Shown piece by piece: positions 26,366 to 37,959 of a stretch of 64,000 nucleotides of DNA. How positions within the stretch are numbered: position 1 is the first letter of the stretch; the number at the start of each line of letters is the position of its first letter. The notes below the pieces were generated by a model. It made no database searches. It was not told where the DNA came from and saw nothing but the letters and a program-made list of their open reading frames with translations. Origin of the DNA: an uncultured Gammaproteobacteria bacterium. GTDB lineage: Bacteria; Patescibacteriota; Patescibacteriia; UBA9934; CAZDDW01. The stretch lies in assembly GCA_965231015.1 (NCBI GenBank), contig OZ246408.1, forward strand, positions 620,115-684,114, given 5' to 3'. The translations under genes and the position numbers were made by a program.

Positions 26366-27670
26366 CTACTTAGTTAATTCAACAATGATTTGATTGGAAT
26401 AAGTTCCACAAGATCCACCCAAGTACTCGCAAACACGTACATAGTAGGTTCCGTTGCCATCAAAAGCAGTCAGGCTAGCCGATGTTGTGGTGGGTGAACT
26501 AAAGTACTGATATTTGTCACCGCTTCGGGTTGGATAAGTTGGGCCAGGATTCTTAGACCAAACAACCTTGAATCCTTTTTCAGAATAACCGTCCACACTC
26601 CAGGAAACAGAGCTTCCAGATCCGCTAAGTGAGATCGAGATTCCATCGCTGGCCAAAACCTCATCATCAGATGTCTCTTGCTTAACTTCAACCTCCTTTT
26701 CTTCACCCAATCCACCGGTTTCTTCATCCTTGGTTGGCGCGGTCACCTGAACGTTGTCTGAGTAGGTTCCACAAACCCCACCTTCATAGTCACAAATTCG
26801 GAAGTAATAAGTCTTACCATCACGAAGATCCCAGATAGCGGTTCTTGATTCCGGATCATCTTCATAAAAATAATCGTCTCCGGGATAAACCGGGTCTGAT
26901 TCTTCACTTTTCACAATCTTAAAACCATATTCGGTTTCTATCCCTTCAACTTCCCAGCTAAACTTAATTCCCGTCTCGATCACCTCGGCTTCGAGCGTAA
27001 TTGACCCGTCTTCCTGTTCCACAATCGGTTCACCGTCTTTTTCGAAATTCCACTTTATAAATTCCACTTCTTTTTCTTCTTCTTCAATTTCTTTCACTTC
27101 GGCTTCACCAAGCAAGTACTTTTTGCCTTCTTCAACCACAACTGAATCCTTTCCTTCTTCAGTTACTTTCACCGAACTCTTATAAACATAAACTCCTTTT
27201 GAAGTATCCGTGCTTGAGGTCATAAAAGCGGTTCCAATGGCCTCGTAGCTTACCCCTTCACCCGCCACCTCAAAAATCCGTTCTCCGGATGTCACTCGAG
27301 CATAAAGCTCACCAGCCAAATTTTCAACTTGCAGATGATTTGGATCCAGGCTTGTTAACCTGATATGTGACTGCTCATTCATGCGCACAGCCGAACCATC
27401 ATCAAACTGAATAATTGCCCTAGCTTCTCCCATGGTTTCTACTTCGTACCCCTCATACAGATCTGTACTCACGTCAGCCCGTTTCCACTCTCCCTCCGGT
27501 GCTTTGACTTCAACAATCCCCTCAATATAAGAAAAGGCGGCTCCATTTTCGACAATCGTTTCCTCATCAGTGGTTTCATTGGAAGTCAAATAAATGTAAG
27601 CCAGTCCAATTACCGCCAGAACCACAACCAAGCTCAAGAAAGTCTTAATTGGCGAACTTGATTTAGCCAT
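26366..27670 (-). CDS. Membrane-anchored protein with FecR-like domain and two repeated C-terminal beta-domains
   Basis: 434 aa with an N-terminal TM helix. The segment AAFSYIEGIVEVK...AIIQFDDGSAVRMNEQSHIRL is FecR-like. Two similar ~90-aa units end TYYFRICDYEGGVCGTYSDNVQVT and TYYVRVCEYLGGSCGTYSNQIIVEL. Confidence 0.5.
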   Translation of the reverse strand: MAKSSSPIKTFLSLVVVLAVIGLAYIYLTSNETTDEETIVENGAAFSYIEGIVEVKAPEGEWKRADVSTDLYEGYEVETMGEARAIIQFDDGSAVRMNEQSHIRLTSLDPNHLQVENLAGELYARVTSGERIFEVAGEGVSYEAIGTAFMTSSTDTSKGVYVYKSSVKVTEEGKDSVVVEEGKKYLLGEAEVKEIEEEEKEVEFIKWNFEKDGEPIVEQEDGSITLEAEVIETGIKFSWEVEGIETEYGFKIVKSEESDPVYPGDDYFYEDDPESRTAIWDLRDGKTYYFRICDYEGGVCGTYSDNVQVTAPTKDEETGGLGEEKEVEVKQETSDDEVLASDGISISLSGSGSSVSWSVDGYSEKGFKVVWSKNPGPTYPTRSGDKYQYFSSPTTTSASLTAFDGNGTYYVRVCEYLGGSCGTYSNQIIVELTK

Positions 27671-27704
27671 ATATTTATTGTTTAGTATTTACTTTATTAT
27701 TAAA

Positions 27705-28049
27705 TCATACCAAGCTGTTCCGTACCAGCCAGGAAATAATTGTGATAGCGACCATGGCCAGCAAAGACAAGCTAATGAGATACCTGGCCGGTTGTGTCAG
27801 GTGCATAGGCTTGTCTATTTTGGTGAAGTACGAATACATCAAAATCACATAAATAAGCCCGGAAAAGGCAAAAATTGCGTATTCCGGATAATTTTGAAAC
27901 CGACCGGACTTAATCTCAAGCCAGGCCATCCAATCGAAAGCCGCGACTATTAATACCAAATACCACCAAAAACGTTTCTTGAAACTGGCTGGAAAATTAA
28001 AATCCGGCTTCTTCACCGGCTCTTCTTGTTTTCCCCCCTCATTACTCAT
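27705..28049 (-). CDS. Hypothetical small membrane protein (114 aa)
   Basis: Three hydrophobic helices. It overlaps the upstream gene by 8 nt. Confidence 0.45.
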   Translation of the reverse strand: MSNEGGKQEEPVKKPDFNFPASFKKRFWWYLVLIVAAFDWMAWLEIKSGRFQNYPEYAIFAFSGLIYVILMYSYFTKIDKPMHLTQPARYLISLSLLAMVAITIISWLVRNSLV

Positions 28050-28461
28050 ACTCTTTAAACACTTCTTGTAATTGCATCATCAACTCGGGTAGTTCTCGAT
28101 ACTTTATCAATTTGTTGTACTTGTTCCCTGCCACCATGGCAGAGAGAACTTTTTCTGCCACCACTCTATATAAACAAACAATTGGCTTTCCCATTTCCTC
28201 AGCCTTGCCAATTTCATAACCAACTCCAAGTGACGGAGTTGAAACTTCTGCAATCACAATGTCGGTCTCTTTCATCCATTCCATGTCACGCTCGTAAATT
28301 GTCTCGACTGACAAATCTTGCTCACCAGCTTCATTAATCATGGCGTCCGCCACCTGTTCGGTTAAGACTTGTCCGTGTTGTTTCAAAAAATTCATCAGCT
28401 CAATGTACAAATTAATGTCATCTCTTCCACCTCGAATAGACGCTGCAAAATATATTTTCAT
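28042..28461 (-). CDS. Nucleoside 2-deoxyribosyltransferase/DNPH1 (Rcl)-like protein
   Basis: 139 aa. The N-terminal MKIYFAASIRGGRDD matches the Rcl/DNPH1 YFxGSIRGGR motif. Confidence 0.55.
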   Translation of the reverse strand: MKIYFAASIRGGRDDINLYIELMNFLKQHGQVLTEQVADAMINEAGEQDLSVETIYERDMEWMKETDIVIAEVSTPSLGVGYEIGKAEEMGKPIVCLYRVVAEKVLSAMVAGNKYNKLIKYRELPELMMQLQEVFKEYE

Positions 28462-28462
28462 A

Positions 28463-30090
<1,628 letters not shown>

Positions 30091-30109
30091 GCGCTCCGAA
30101 TATACGAGC

Positions 30110-30463
30110 CTAACGGTTTAACGCAACGGTTGGGGTACCAGCACTCACATACTCTGGCCCACTTGACGGAACCATACCGAGCATTTGTACTCGCTCATCA
30201 ATTTCAGCCATAGACCGACTTTCTGCCACTTGTGATTCAAGTCGCTCAGTTTCCAAACGCAAATCACTAATTGCGGTTTCTAAATCCCTGATCTCATACC
30301 CCTTGGTGACAGACCGGTTCACCTGAATGATGTAGAGCATTCCCACAATGAGAATCAGAGCAAGGACGATAATATTAATTAACGCTACGTGTTCTTCAAT
30401 AGCCTGTACAAACGACTTGGTTTGTTTAAGACCAGAAAACATTGTCTTACCGAATTTAGACAT
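30110..30463 (-). CDS. FtsL-like cell-division protein (single TM + coiled coil)
   Basis: 117 aa with TM helix LINIIVLALILIVGMLYII followed by a coiled coil. Its position directly after rsmH matches dcw-cluster order. Confidence 0.5.
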   Translation of the reverse strand: MSKFGKTMFSGLKQTKSFVQAIEEHVALINIIVLALILIVGMLYIIQVNRSVTKGYEIRDLETAISDLRLETERLESQVAESRSMAEIDERVQMLGMVPSSGPEYVSAGTPTVALNR

Positions 30464-30493
30464 AACCGGGGATCGCTTAAAATCCGAGTGAAA

Positions 30494-31375
30494 TTAGATG
30501 CGAGTAGCTGCGCGCAACTTGGCGCTGCGAGCCCGAGGGTTCGCCTCCATTTCCTCCTTAGTAGGTTTTATTACCTTCTTGTTTATTATTTCTAAATCCT
30601 TCCCGTGGTGATCTTTCATGAAATTCTTCACGATTCGATCTTCCAAGGAATGGAACGAGATGACCACAAGTTTCCCGCCCGGACGGATGGTGCCAAGCGC
30701 TTGCGGCAGTACAACCTCGAGCTCCTCTAATTCGTGGTTGACCGCTATGCGCAACGCCTGAAATACACGTGTTGCCGGATTGAGCCTATCGTGCTTTCCC
30801 CGCCTGGGGACAACGCCGGATATGATTTCGGCAAGAGCGGTTGTGGTTACAATCGGATCTTGCTGGCGCTTCTGCACAATTGCCGCGGCGATTTTGTGGG
30901 CATTTCGTTCCTCTCCTAGTTTTCTAAAGATCTCACTTAGTTTATCTTCCGACCAATTATTCACAATGTCAGAAGCTGACTCTTCTTGATCCGGGTTATA
31001 CCTCATGTCTAATGGGCCTTCAGTTTGAAACGAAAACCCTCGATCCGGATCATCTATATGAGGTGAAGAGAAACCCAGGTCCAGAACAACTCCGTCAACC
31101 TCACTAAATCCATTGTCATATATTACCTGCTTAATGTTTTTGTATGAGTCATGAGCCAATACGACTCGGTCCCCAAATTTGGCCAGATTCTTTTTGGCAA
31201 CCGCCAGATTACGAGAATCCTTATCTATGCCAAGCAGTCGACCATTTGGAGCTGAGCGCTCCAGGATAGCCGAGGCATGTCCTCCCAAACCAACTGTCCC
31301 GTCAATAAAATCTTGACCCGGCGCAGGATCAAGGAACCGAAGGGTTTCATTAAGTAGAGCCGGTATATGTGTCAT
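30494..31375 (-). CDS. rsmH: 16S rRNA (cytosine1402-N4)-methyltransferase RsmH (MraW)
   Basis: 293 aa: MTHIPALLNETLRFLDPAPGQDFIDGTVGLGGHASAIL...DLGFSS. Canonical RsmH. Confidence 0.9.
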   Translation of the reverse strand: MTHIPALLNETLRFLDPAPGQDFIDGTVGLGGHASAILERSAPNGRLLGIDKDSRNLAVAKKNLAKFGDRVVLAHDSYKNIKQVIYDNGFSEVDGVVLDLGFSSPHIDDPDRGFSFQTEGPLDMRYNPDQEESASDIVNNWSEDKLSEIFRKLGEERNAHKIAAAIVQKRQQDPIVTTTALAEIISGVVPRRGKHDRLNPATRVFQALRIAVNHELEELEVVLPQALGTIRPGGKLVVISFHSLEDRIVKNFMKDHHGKDLEIINKKVIKPTKEEMEANPRARSAKLRAATRI

Positions 31376-31803
31376 ACTCCAAGATCCCCCATTTGTTCGG
31401 CTAATTTTCCTGCGTCTTTTTCAGCGGAATCCTTAAACGAATTCCACTTTTCCTCATCCCAGATTTCAAGGCGATTAAAAAGTCCCGCTATTACTACATT
31501 CTTCCTCACGCTCGCATATTCACGTAAATACTCCGGAATTACCACGCGCCCTTGTTTGTCTAAGGATACTTCCATGGCTCCGGCTAGCATCAGCCGAGCA
31601 AACGCCCGAGAGCTAGCTTTTCCAAGTGGCAATTCAGTCAACTTGTGAGCCAACTTTTGCCACTCTGCCTTTGTGAATACGAAGAGCGAAGAGTCGAGGC
31701 CTCGCGTCACTACCGCCCCCTTTGCAAGGTCACCTCGACACTTCACAGGGATCGCCAGTCTATTTTTGTCGTCAATGGTGTGTTTATATTCACCAATGAA
31801 CAT
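31372..31803 (-). CDS. mraZ: Transcriptional regulator MraZ
   Basis: Start chosen at MFIGEYKHTIDDKNRLAIPVKCR, the canonical MraZ N-terminus with double DxxxR motifs. The track ORF extends 23 aa further upstream. Confidence 0.85.
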   Translation of the reverse strand: MFIGEYKHTIDDKNRLAIPVKCRGDLAKGAVVTRGLDSSLFVFTKAEWQKLAHKLTELPLGKASSRAFARLMLAGAMEVSLDKQGRVVIPEYLREYASVRKNVVIAGLFNRLEIWDEEKWNSFKDSAEKDAGKLAEQMGDLGV

Positions 31804-32019
31804 AGGGACGGTATTAGAGACTACTGAAATTCCTCCAACTGCTGCGTCATGGGGACCCGATAACTTCGTCAACGTACGTTTTAGTACGTTTCCTTGTTAC
31901 CACCCCATTCCTTGCATTTGGAGTTTTTCAGCAGTCTCCAAGATTAATGTTTATCCAGGGAAAGAGTTCATACAAAAAAGTGGGCAACAACCCGCGCAAA
32001 CGAAGGCTGAAATTCCCCA

Positions 32020-32210
32020 CTTCATTCCACTTCTGTACCCTTCATAACCATTTTATCCCACTTTTGAACACGGGTCAACCACTTTATCCTTTATACTTTT
32101 TTACTTTATTTTAGCTATTTTTTCTTGATTTATCCACTTTCTGGGGATAACCCACCTTCCCCACTTTCCAGAATTAACCTTGCAGGTTGCTTAAAATTAT
32201 CCACAACAAA
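32020..32210 (-). promoter_or_regulatory. Array of direct AAGTGG(G/A) repeats (putative MraZ boxes) in mraZ upstream region
   Basis: On the minus strand at least 7 AAGTGG(G/A) motifs occur in two clusters, several ~10 nt apart (AAGTGGAATGAAGTGGGG; AAGTGGGGAAGGTGGG). MraZ is known to bind GTGGG-type direct repeats upstream of its own gene. Confidence 0.45.
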
Positions 32211-32228
32211 AAGAAGCAGTCCGGTAGA

Positions 32229-32453
32229 CTACTTCGACTTTGACTCTTCGACAAGTCTCAAGAGCTCCTCTCGGATGATCCTGTCCTTGTCGTCAAGGTT
32301 TTCAGAGATACGATACGCAATGTTGGGATTCAACAATGGATCTTCATCGAACGCGAGAACAAACTCACATCCGAGATTCGGTCGAATCATTAGATATACC
32401 CCGCATCTTCGCAGGTATACCCGTCGCTGGTCCAATGTCCGCAGTTCGGACAC
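32229..32453 (-). CDS. Small ORF(s) of GC-rich cassette E, abutting uvrC stop; frame uncertain
   Basis: Track ORF of 74 aa with a GTG start directly after the uvrC TAA; an internal ATG would give a 53-aa MIRPNLGCEFVLAFDEDPLL... product. In the +1 frame an SD-led 24-aa peptide, MEGKCPNCGHWTSDGYTCEDAGYI, starts inside the last uvrC codons. Confidence 0.35.
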   Translation of the reverse strand: MSELRTLDQRRVYLRRCGVYLMIRPNLGCEFVLAFDEDPLLNPNIAYRISENLDDKDRIIREELLRLVEESKSK

Positions 32454-33818
32454 TTACCTTCCATTCTCTCCTCTCCTTTTTCTGGGTCTCTCTACCCCAG
32501 ATCTTTTTGACCTTACCACCTTATGATACCTCGCCGCAAATCGGTGGGCTTCATCACGGACTTTCTGAAACAGTTCTTTTTCGTTTTCTGCAACACGTTT
32601 TAGCTCGAGATTCGATTTATCGTAAACAAGTCGGTCTTGTTTACGGTCGAGCCCCTTAGCAATTCCTATCACAGGGATATCGAGTCCGAGCTCGTCGAGA
32701 ATCGAAACAACCCGATTCACTTGTCCCTTACCCCCATCAATCAACATGGTGTCCGGCAGCGGCCAGGCGTTTGGTTGTTTTTCTGCTCGAGCCAGCCGAC
32801 GACGGACCATTTCTTCAAGACTCGCGACATCGTTCGCGCCCTTTACAGTTTTAATCTTAAACTTTCGGTATTCACTCTTAGCCGGCTTCCCTCCTTCAAA
32901 CACCACCATTGATCCCACTGAACTGGTACCTGAAATATTTGAAATATCATACCCCTCAACCCGACCCATGGCGTTGATGTACGGCTCGTCGCGCGTCGCA
33001 TGTCGCGCGACGAAAATATCCGTATCGTCGCGCGTGATCAACGATACGTCTTGAATATGCTCCAGAGAAAAAATCTGACGTTTGAGTTCTTGTGCGCCTT
33101 CGTATCGGAGCTCGTTTGAAGCCTTTTTCATTTCCCGAACTAACTTTTTCTTTATCTGTTCTTTCTTGCCCTCAAAAAACAAAATCAAATTGCGAATAAT
33201 TTTTCGGTATTCGGTTTTCGAGATCTCACCCGTACAAACTCCGGGGCAACGCTTGATGTGATAATTAAAACAAGCTTTGGCTCGACCCGAAACATCCGGA
33301 TGGTCGCATGTTGACCACGGAATAACCTTACGCACGAGTTCAAGCGCGGTTCGCAATGACTGACCGCTGGTATACGGACCAAATACTCGTAAAAACTTCT
33401 GCTGGGCTTTCTTGGATAATTTTTCACTGAATGGTTTTACTCCCATCCTTTCAAGCTCAAGCCCGCGCATAAAAATCGGTTTCGGATAATCCTCGTTCGT
33501 GATAACCAAGTACAGGAAACTTTTATCGTCCCGAATCATGATGTTGTATGGCGGAAGATATTTTTTAATTTGATTCGCCTCGAGAACTAAAGCTTCAATC
33601 ACAGTCGGAGTTTCAATGTAATCAATTCGAGCAATCTCGGAAACGAGTTTAGCGATCCGGTCATCATGAGCCTTTGTGAAATACGAACCGACTCGTTTTT
33701 TAAGCGACGTAGCTTTCCCAATGTAGAGCACGTCACTTTGGTCATTGTAATAAAAATATACCCCGGGATTGTCGGGTAAAGCATCGTTTTTGATTTTAAT
33801 TCTGTCTGGAATAGCCAT
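32454..33818 (-). CDS. uvrC: Excinuclease ABC subunit C (short form)
   Basis: 454 aa with an N-terminal GIY-YIG domain (PGVYFYYNDQSDVLYIGKATSLKKRVGSYF), a Cys-rich motif and an RNase H-like endonuclease domain. No long C-terminal HhH region was seen. Confidence 0.85.
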   Translation of the reverse strand: MAIPDRIKIKNDALPDNPGVYFYYNDQSDVLYIGKATSLKKRVGSYFTKAHDDRIAKLVSEIARIDYIETPTVIEALVLEANQIKKYLPPYNIMIRDDKSFLYLVITNEDYPKPIFMRGLELERMGVKPFSEKLSKKAQQKFLRVFGPYTSGQSLRTALELVRKVIPWSTCDHPDVSGRAKACFNYHIKRCPGVCTGEISKTEYRKIIRNLILFFEGKKEQIKKKLVREMKKASNELRYEGAQELKRQIFSLEHIQDVSLITRDDTDIFVARHATRDEPYINAMGRVEGYDISNISGTSSVGSMVVFEGGKPAKSEYRKFKIKTVKGANDVASLEEMVRRRLARAEKQPNAWPLPDTMLIDGGKGQVNRVVSILDELGLDIPVIGIAKGLDRKQDRLVYDKSNLELKRVAENEKELFQKVRDEAHRFAARYHKVVRSKRSGVERPRKRRGENGR

Positions 33819-33857
33819 AATTTAAATTAGCTGTTATACTCGCGGCATGGAGAACGT

Positions 33858-34184
33858 ATGAGCCAAGACTATTGGAACGACATCGATGAGTATGGCCCAG
33901 AACAACTCGCACCTTCAGCCGCCACCAATCCCCTGCCTGGAATGACCTATATCTACTTTCGTGATGCCCCCAACTGGACACAGCCGGTTATGCCATTCAA
34001 CTACATAGACAATGGTCTTACCTCACAAGGCAATCTGTGTATCGCACCTGGTTGTGAGGCAGAATCTCGGGTCTATCCAGCGGCGCGTTTCATGCGTACT
34101 CACGAATTCAATCTGGTCTGCACGAGCTGTGGACAAAGATATTTCGATCGAACTTTGTTCACACGCTTCCCTCTCCTTCTTTGA
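33858..34184 (+). CDS. Hypothetical Cys-containing protein (108 aa), GC-rich cassette F
   Basis: SD GGAG at 33849-33852, a 5-nt spacer, and ATG at 33858. The protein is MSQDYWNDIDEYGPEQLAPSAATNPLPGMTYIYF...CIAPGC...CTSCGQRYF, with a possible zinc-ribbon CxxxGC...CxxC. Confidence 0.5.
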   Translation: MSQDYWNDIDEYGPEQLAPSAATNPLPGMTYIYFRDAPNWTQPVMPFNYIDNGLTSQGNLCIAPGCEAESRVYPAARFMRTHEFNLVCTSCGQRYFDRTLFTRFPLLL

Positions 34185-34212
34185 GCCCTCTCGGGCTCTT
34201 GTTTTTTTATTT
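34183..34212 (+). terminator. Intrinsic terminator of cassette F (overlaps uvrA 3' end)
   Basis: GAGCCC-TCTC-GGGCTC hairpin followed by TTGTTTTTTTATTT. The stop codon TGA is embedded in the stem. Confidence 0.7.
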
Positions 34213-36723
34213 GAAATATCGACGCAAATATTTCCCCGTATGTGACTTTGGGTTGCGCACAATCTCTTCTGGTGTTCCCGCGCCCACCACTTCTCCACCC
34301 CGATCGCCTCCGTCAGGGCCAAGATCGATAATCCAGTCGGCAGTTTTAATAATATCAAGATTGTGCTCAATAATGACGACCGTGTTTCCCTTGTCTACCA
34401 AAGCGTGTAATACCTCGAGCAACTGCTTTACGTCTTCAAAGTGAAGCCCCACGGTTGGCTCGTCGAGTAAATACAGGGTTTTACCGGTTGATCGTTTTGA
34501 GAGCTCGGACGCGAGTTTGACCCGTTGTGCCTCACCGCCGGACAAAGTTGGGGCTGGCTGGCCAAGCTTGAGGTACCCGAGTCCGACTTGGTTTAAGGTC
34601 TTGAGTCGATCCGCGATTGGTGGAATATCCTTAAAGAACTCGGCCCCGTCTTCAATGGTCATTTCTAATACATCATATATATTCTTGCCTTTATACTCGA
34701 CTTCGAGAGTCTCCCGATCAAACCGACGACCCTTACAAACCTCGCACTGCACATACACCGTGGGCAAAAAATGCATCTCAATCGCAATTGATCCGTGACC
34801 CTCACAGTTCTCGCACCGGCCTCCCGGCGTGTTGAAACTAAACCGACCAGGCTTGTATCCCCGATAACGGGCCTCTTCAGTTGAAGCAAACAGTTCCCTG
34901 ATCGGCCCCCAAGTCCCAGTGTAAGTTGCTGGGTTTGATCGTGGAGTTCGACCAATTGGTGCTTGGTTGATCATGATAGCTTTGTCAATGTACTCGGTTC
35001 CATGAATTGACTTGTGCTTGCCGGATTTTGGCTTGCTTCCGTAGAGTCGACGTGACAACTCGCGGTACATTATGTCATGGGTCAGAGTACTCTTCCCTGA
35101 ACCTGATACCCCGGTAATACAGATAAAGCGACGCAATGGAATCTCCACGTTGATATTCTTTAAATTGTTCTCTTGAGCCCCCTTGATCTTGATCGAATCT
35201 CGACCCGGAGCCCGTCGCACTTTCGGCATCGGGATCTTCTTGTCTCCTCGTAAATACGCTGCAGTCAAACTTTTCTTATCCTCAAACACTTCCGGTACAG
35301 TCCCGGCCGCAGTCACTTCTCCACCATGAACACCAGCCCCAGGCCCAATCTCAACCATATAATCAGCCGCTCGAATTGTATCCTCGTCATGCTCAACCAC
35401 AATAACCGAGTTTCCCAGATCTCTAAGACCAACCAATGTCTCCAGCAGCCGATCGTTGTCGCGCTGATGTAACCCAATCGTAGGCTCGTCGAGCACGTAT
35501 GTTGCACCCACAAGCCGTGAACCGATCTGACTGGCCAATCGAATTCGTTGTGCCTCACCACCAGACAGGGTTCCAGCCTTTCTATTCAAGGTCAGGTAGT
35601 GCAACCCAACGTCTAACATAAATTGAAGACGGCCCTGAATTTCTTTCATGACTGAGCCGGAAATCTCTTTTTGACGAGCTGATAATTTAAAAGTGTTGAA
35701 GTAATCTACCGCTCCCTCAATGGTCATATCAGTCACATCCACAATCGACTTATTCCCCGGCAACCATACATGCAAGGACTCAAGCTTAAGTCGGGCACCT
35801 TTACAAACCTTGCACTCTTCTTCAGAAAACAGTTCCTTTGTTCCCAGTCCGGTACAGGCTTCACAGGCACCATACGGAGAATTAAAGCTGAATAAACGTG
35901 GTTCTATTTCTGGAAAACTAAAACCACACTCCGGACAACTGAACTTGCTAGAAAGCATTCGTTCTGTTTTATCTGGGTAAATCACATTCACTACATCCTT
36001 TCCGTATTCAAGAGCGGTCTCAAGAGCCTCGGCTAATCGCTGTCGGTTATCTTTCTCGTTTATATCTTGAACTGGAACGGTATCAACGACAACCTCAATA
36101 GTGTGTTGCTTATACCGACCAAGTTTGATCTGCTCGGAAAGTAAATATTCTTTGCCGTCGATTCTAACCTTAGCAAAACCAGCACTATACAAATCATAAA
36201 GCAATTGGTAGTACTCTCCTTTTCGGCCACGAACCACTGGCGCAAGAATCATGACGGAGCCTGGCCGTTTACCTTTGGCTCTATTTTCTTTAGTTCCATC
36301 AATCACCACATTCACCATTTCTTCAACCGTCAACTTCTGAATCGGTTTCTTGCAGGTCACACAATGAGGTGTCCCGATGCGCGCAAACAAGACCCGTAAG
36401 TAATCATAAATCTCGGTGATCGTCGCCACAGTAGAACGCGGATTGGCCGAGTGGGCTTTTTGATCAATCGAAATGGCTGGGCTCAAACCTTCGATCTCAT
36501 CCACATCCGGTTTCTGCATCTGTCCCAAAAACTGTCGAGCGTAAGCTGAAAGCGACTCAACATAACGTCGTTGCCCTTCAGCAAAAATGGTATCAAAAGC
36601 CAGACTCGATTTTCCCGAGCCGGATAAACCAGTGACACACACTAACTGATTTCGCGGTAACTCAACGTTAATATTTTTTAAGTTATGCTCCCGTGCTCCT
36701 TTAATTTTTATCTCTTGTTCCAT
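34207..36723 (-). CDS. uvrA: Excinuclease ABC subunit A
   Basis: 838 aa with two ABC ATPase modules ([15 protein letters not shown]; [15 protein letters not shown]) and zinc-finger Cys motifs. Confidence 0.95.
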   Translation of the reverse strand: MEQEIKIKGAREHNLKNINVELPRNQLVCVTGLSGSGKSSLAFDTIFAEGQRRYVESLSAYARQFLGQMQKPDVDEIEGLSPAISIDQKAHSANPRSTVATITEIYDYLRVLFARIGTPHCVTCKKPIQKLTVEEMVNVVIDGTKENRAKGKRPGSVMILAPVVRGRKGEYYQLLYDLYSAGFAKVRIDGKEYLLSEQIKLGRYKQHTIEVVVDTVPVQDINEKDNRQRLAEALETALEYGKDVVNVIYPDKTERMLSSKFSCPECGFSFPEIEPRLFSFNSPYGACEACTGLGTKELFSEEECKVCKGARLKLESLHVWLPGNKSIVDVTDMTIEGAVDYFNTFKLSARQKEISGSVMKEIQGRLQFMLDVGLHYLTLNRKAGTLSGGEAQRIRLASQIGSRLVGATYVLDEPTIGLHQRDNDRLLETLVGLRDLGNSVIVVEHDEDTIRAADYMVEIGPGAGVHGGEVTAAGTVPEVFEDKKSLTAAYLRGDKKIPMPKVRRAPGRDSIKIKGAQENNLKNINVEIPLRRFICITGVSGSGKSTLTHDIMYRELSRRLYGSKPKSGKHKSIHGTEYIDKAIMINQAPIGRTPRSNPATYTGTWGPIRELFASTEEARYRGYKPGRFSFNTPGGRCENCEGHGSIAIEMHFLPTVYVQCEVCKGRRFDRETLEVEYKGKNIYDVLEMTIEDGAEFFKDIPPIADRLKTLNQVGLGYLKLGQPAPTLSGGEAQRVKLASELSKRSTGKTLYLLDEPTVGLHFEDVKQLLEVLHALVDKGNTVVIIEHNLDIIKTADWIIDLGPDGGDRGGEVVGAGTPEEIVRNPKSHTGKYLRRYFK

Positions 36724-36783
36724 AATTGTTTTTCTGATAATCTAAAAAAGTTCTTTTCACACCCACACCACACTGGAGGATCG

Positions 36784-37365
36784 ATGTCATACCAGCTTCG
36801 CGAACAGATCCCCGGCCACGCTGTTGACAAGCATCTCCATTTTCTGTGGCCTAACCCGGTTGAAGATGACTCTCAGGGTGAGATATGGAGAATCTGGTCT
36901 GCAGTCTCGGAAAAGTCTCGGCCGCCGATTAAGCTCGATGACGGCGTCATGGTAGACATCGAGGACAGTGAGTTCGGTTCGGCCTGGCAAATCCTCGGTG
37001 GAGGCGGCATGGCTGCCACCCAGGTTGATGACTACTTCATCAATCCCTCACTCGACCTCGAGACCGAACGAACCAGACTCGAGAAGCTGGTCGAACAGCT
37101 TCGTGCCCAACGCTGGCGCCAGATGGACATCATGGACAGGGCCATGCATGACCCCGAGTACCGCGAGCGTCGTGCCTTCTTGGAGCGCCGAGAAGAGGTC
37201 GGTCAAGCCTTGACCAAGGCAAATGAAATCACGTCTCTGATTCGAACCGTGGCTATCTACTCACCCTCACAGCGCTCTGGCCTAATCCTGAAGCGGGCCC
37301 AGGTTTTTATCAAGAGCAACCACGACATCAAGTTCCCACCCATGCCAGAACAGCCTGAAAGCTAG
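36784..37365 (+). CDS. Hypothetical protein (193 aa), GC-rich cassette G gene 1 (paralogue of gene 2)
   Basis: SD GGAGGA at 36775-36780 and ATG at 36784. MSYQLREQIPGHAVDKHLHFLWPN...; the C-terminal half (ERTRLEKLVEQLRAQRW...DPEYRERRAF...IKSNHDIKF) parallels gene 2. Confidence 0.5.
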   Translation: MSYQLREQIPGHAVDKHLHFLWPNPVEDDSQGEIWRIWSAVSEKSRPPIKLDDGVMVDIEDSEFGSAWQILGGGGMAATQVDDYFINPSLDLETERTRLEKLVEQLRAQRWRQMDIMDRAMHDPEYRERRAFLERREEVGQALTKANEITSLIRTVAIYSPSQRSGLILKRAQVFIKSNHDIKFPPMPEQPES

Positions 37366-37371
37366 CCGGCA

Positions 37372-37959
37372 GTGAGTACAGATAGGCACGGGCTTCGAAC
37401 TGAAATCGACGGTGATCGAGTCGATGAACAATTAACAAGGTGGAACACAGACTGCTGGTTGTATTCTTGGAAAAAACCTAAACCCGATTGGGGTTTCTTG
37501 GAAGCCACATATAAACAGATCAAGCACGGTTGGGAAAAATACAGGGCTGGCAAGACTCAATATCGAGTCCACAGGACACAACTGAGTAATCCCGTCTTCC
37601 GCCTTCCAGAGGCCATCCGAAACAAGGTTTCGCCTCGAACTCTAGAATATGTAATCCGCCCTGCGCTTGATAACGCAACCGAACGTGCTGACCTGGAAGA
37701 CATGGTTCAGAAACTTCACGCAGAACGTTCCCACGGGATCGATCTTTTGCGGGAAGCCATTGAACACCCAGAATTCCGAGAAGATGAAGCTTACCGTCAT
37801 GCCCATACTCTGATCCAATTCTTAGTCAACCAAATCCATCATACCTCCACCATACTTGAGTACTTAACTCTTTGGACCCCGTCGGAATCTTCCCTTACCT
37901 TGTTGGAACAAGCAAGGCTATGGATCGAGGCTGGTTGTGATATCAAATTTGACAACTAA
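37372..37959 (+). CDS. Hypothetical protein (195 aa), cassette G gene 2 (tandem paralogue)
   Basis: GTG start 6 nt after the gene 1 stop. The segment ERADLEDMVQKLHAERSHGIDLLREAIEHPEFREDEAYRHA...IEAGCDIKF is colinear with gene 1. The stop TAA abuts the uvrB stop with no spacer. Confidence 0.5.
   Translation: MSTDRHGLRTEIDGDRVDEQLTRWNTDCWLYSWKKPKPDWGFLEATYKQIKHGWEKYRAGKTQYRVHRTQLSNPVFRLPEAIRNKVSPRTLEYVIRPALDNATERADLEDMVQKLHAERSHGIDLLREAIEHPEFREDEAYRHAHTLIQFLVNQIHHTSTILEYLTLWTPSESSLTLLEQARLWIEAGCDIKFDN

Noticed and set aside
32130-32206. DnaA boxes (TTATCCACA at ~32197, TTATCCACT at ~32131) suggesting oriC
   Set aside because: They are embedded in a phased array of AAGTGG(G/A) direct repeats immediately upstream of mraZ, so MraZ operator sites explain them better. 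There is no dnaA/dnaN or AT-rich DNA-unwinding element nearby.
36724-36783. Sigma70 promoter for cassette G
   Set aside because: Candidate -35/-10 hexamers (TTGTTT/TAATCT, TTCTGA/TTTTCA) have wrong spacing. No convincing promoter could be called, unlike cassettes A and C.
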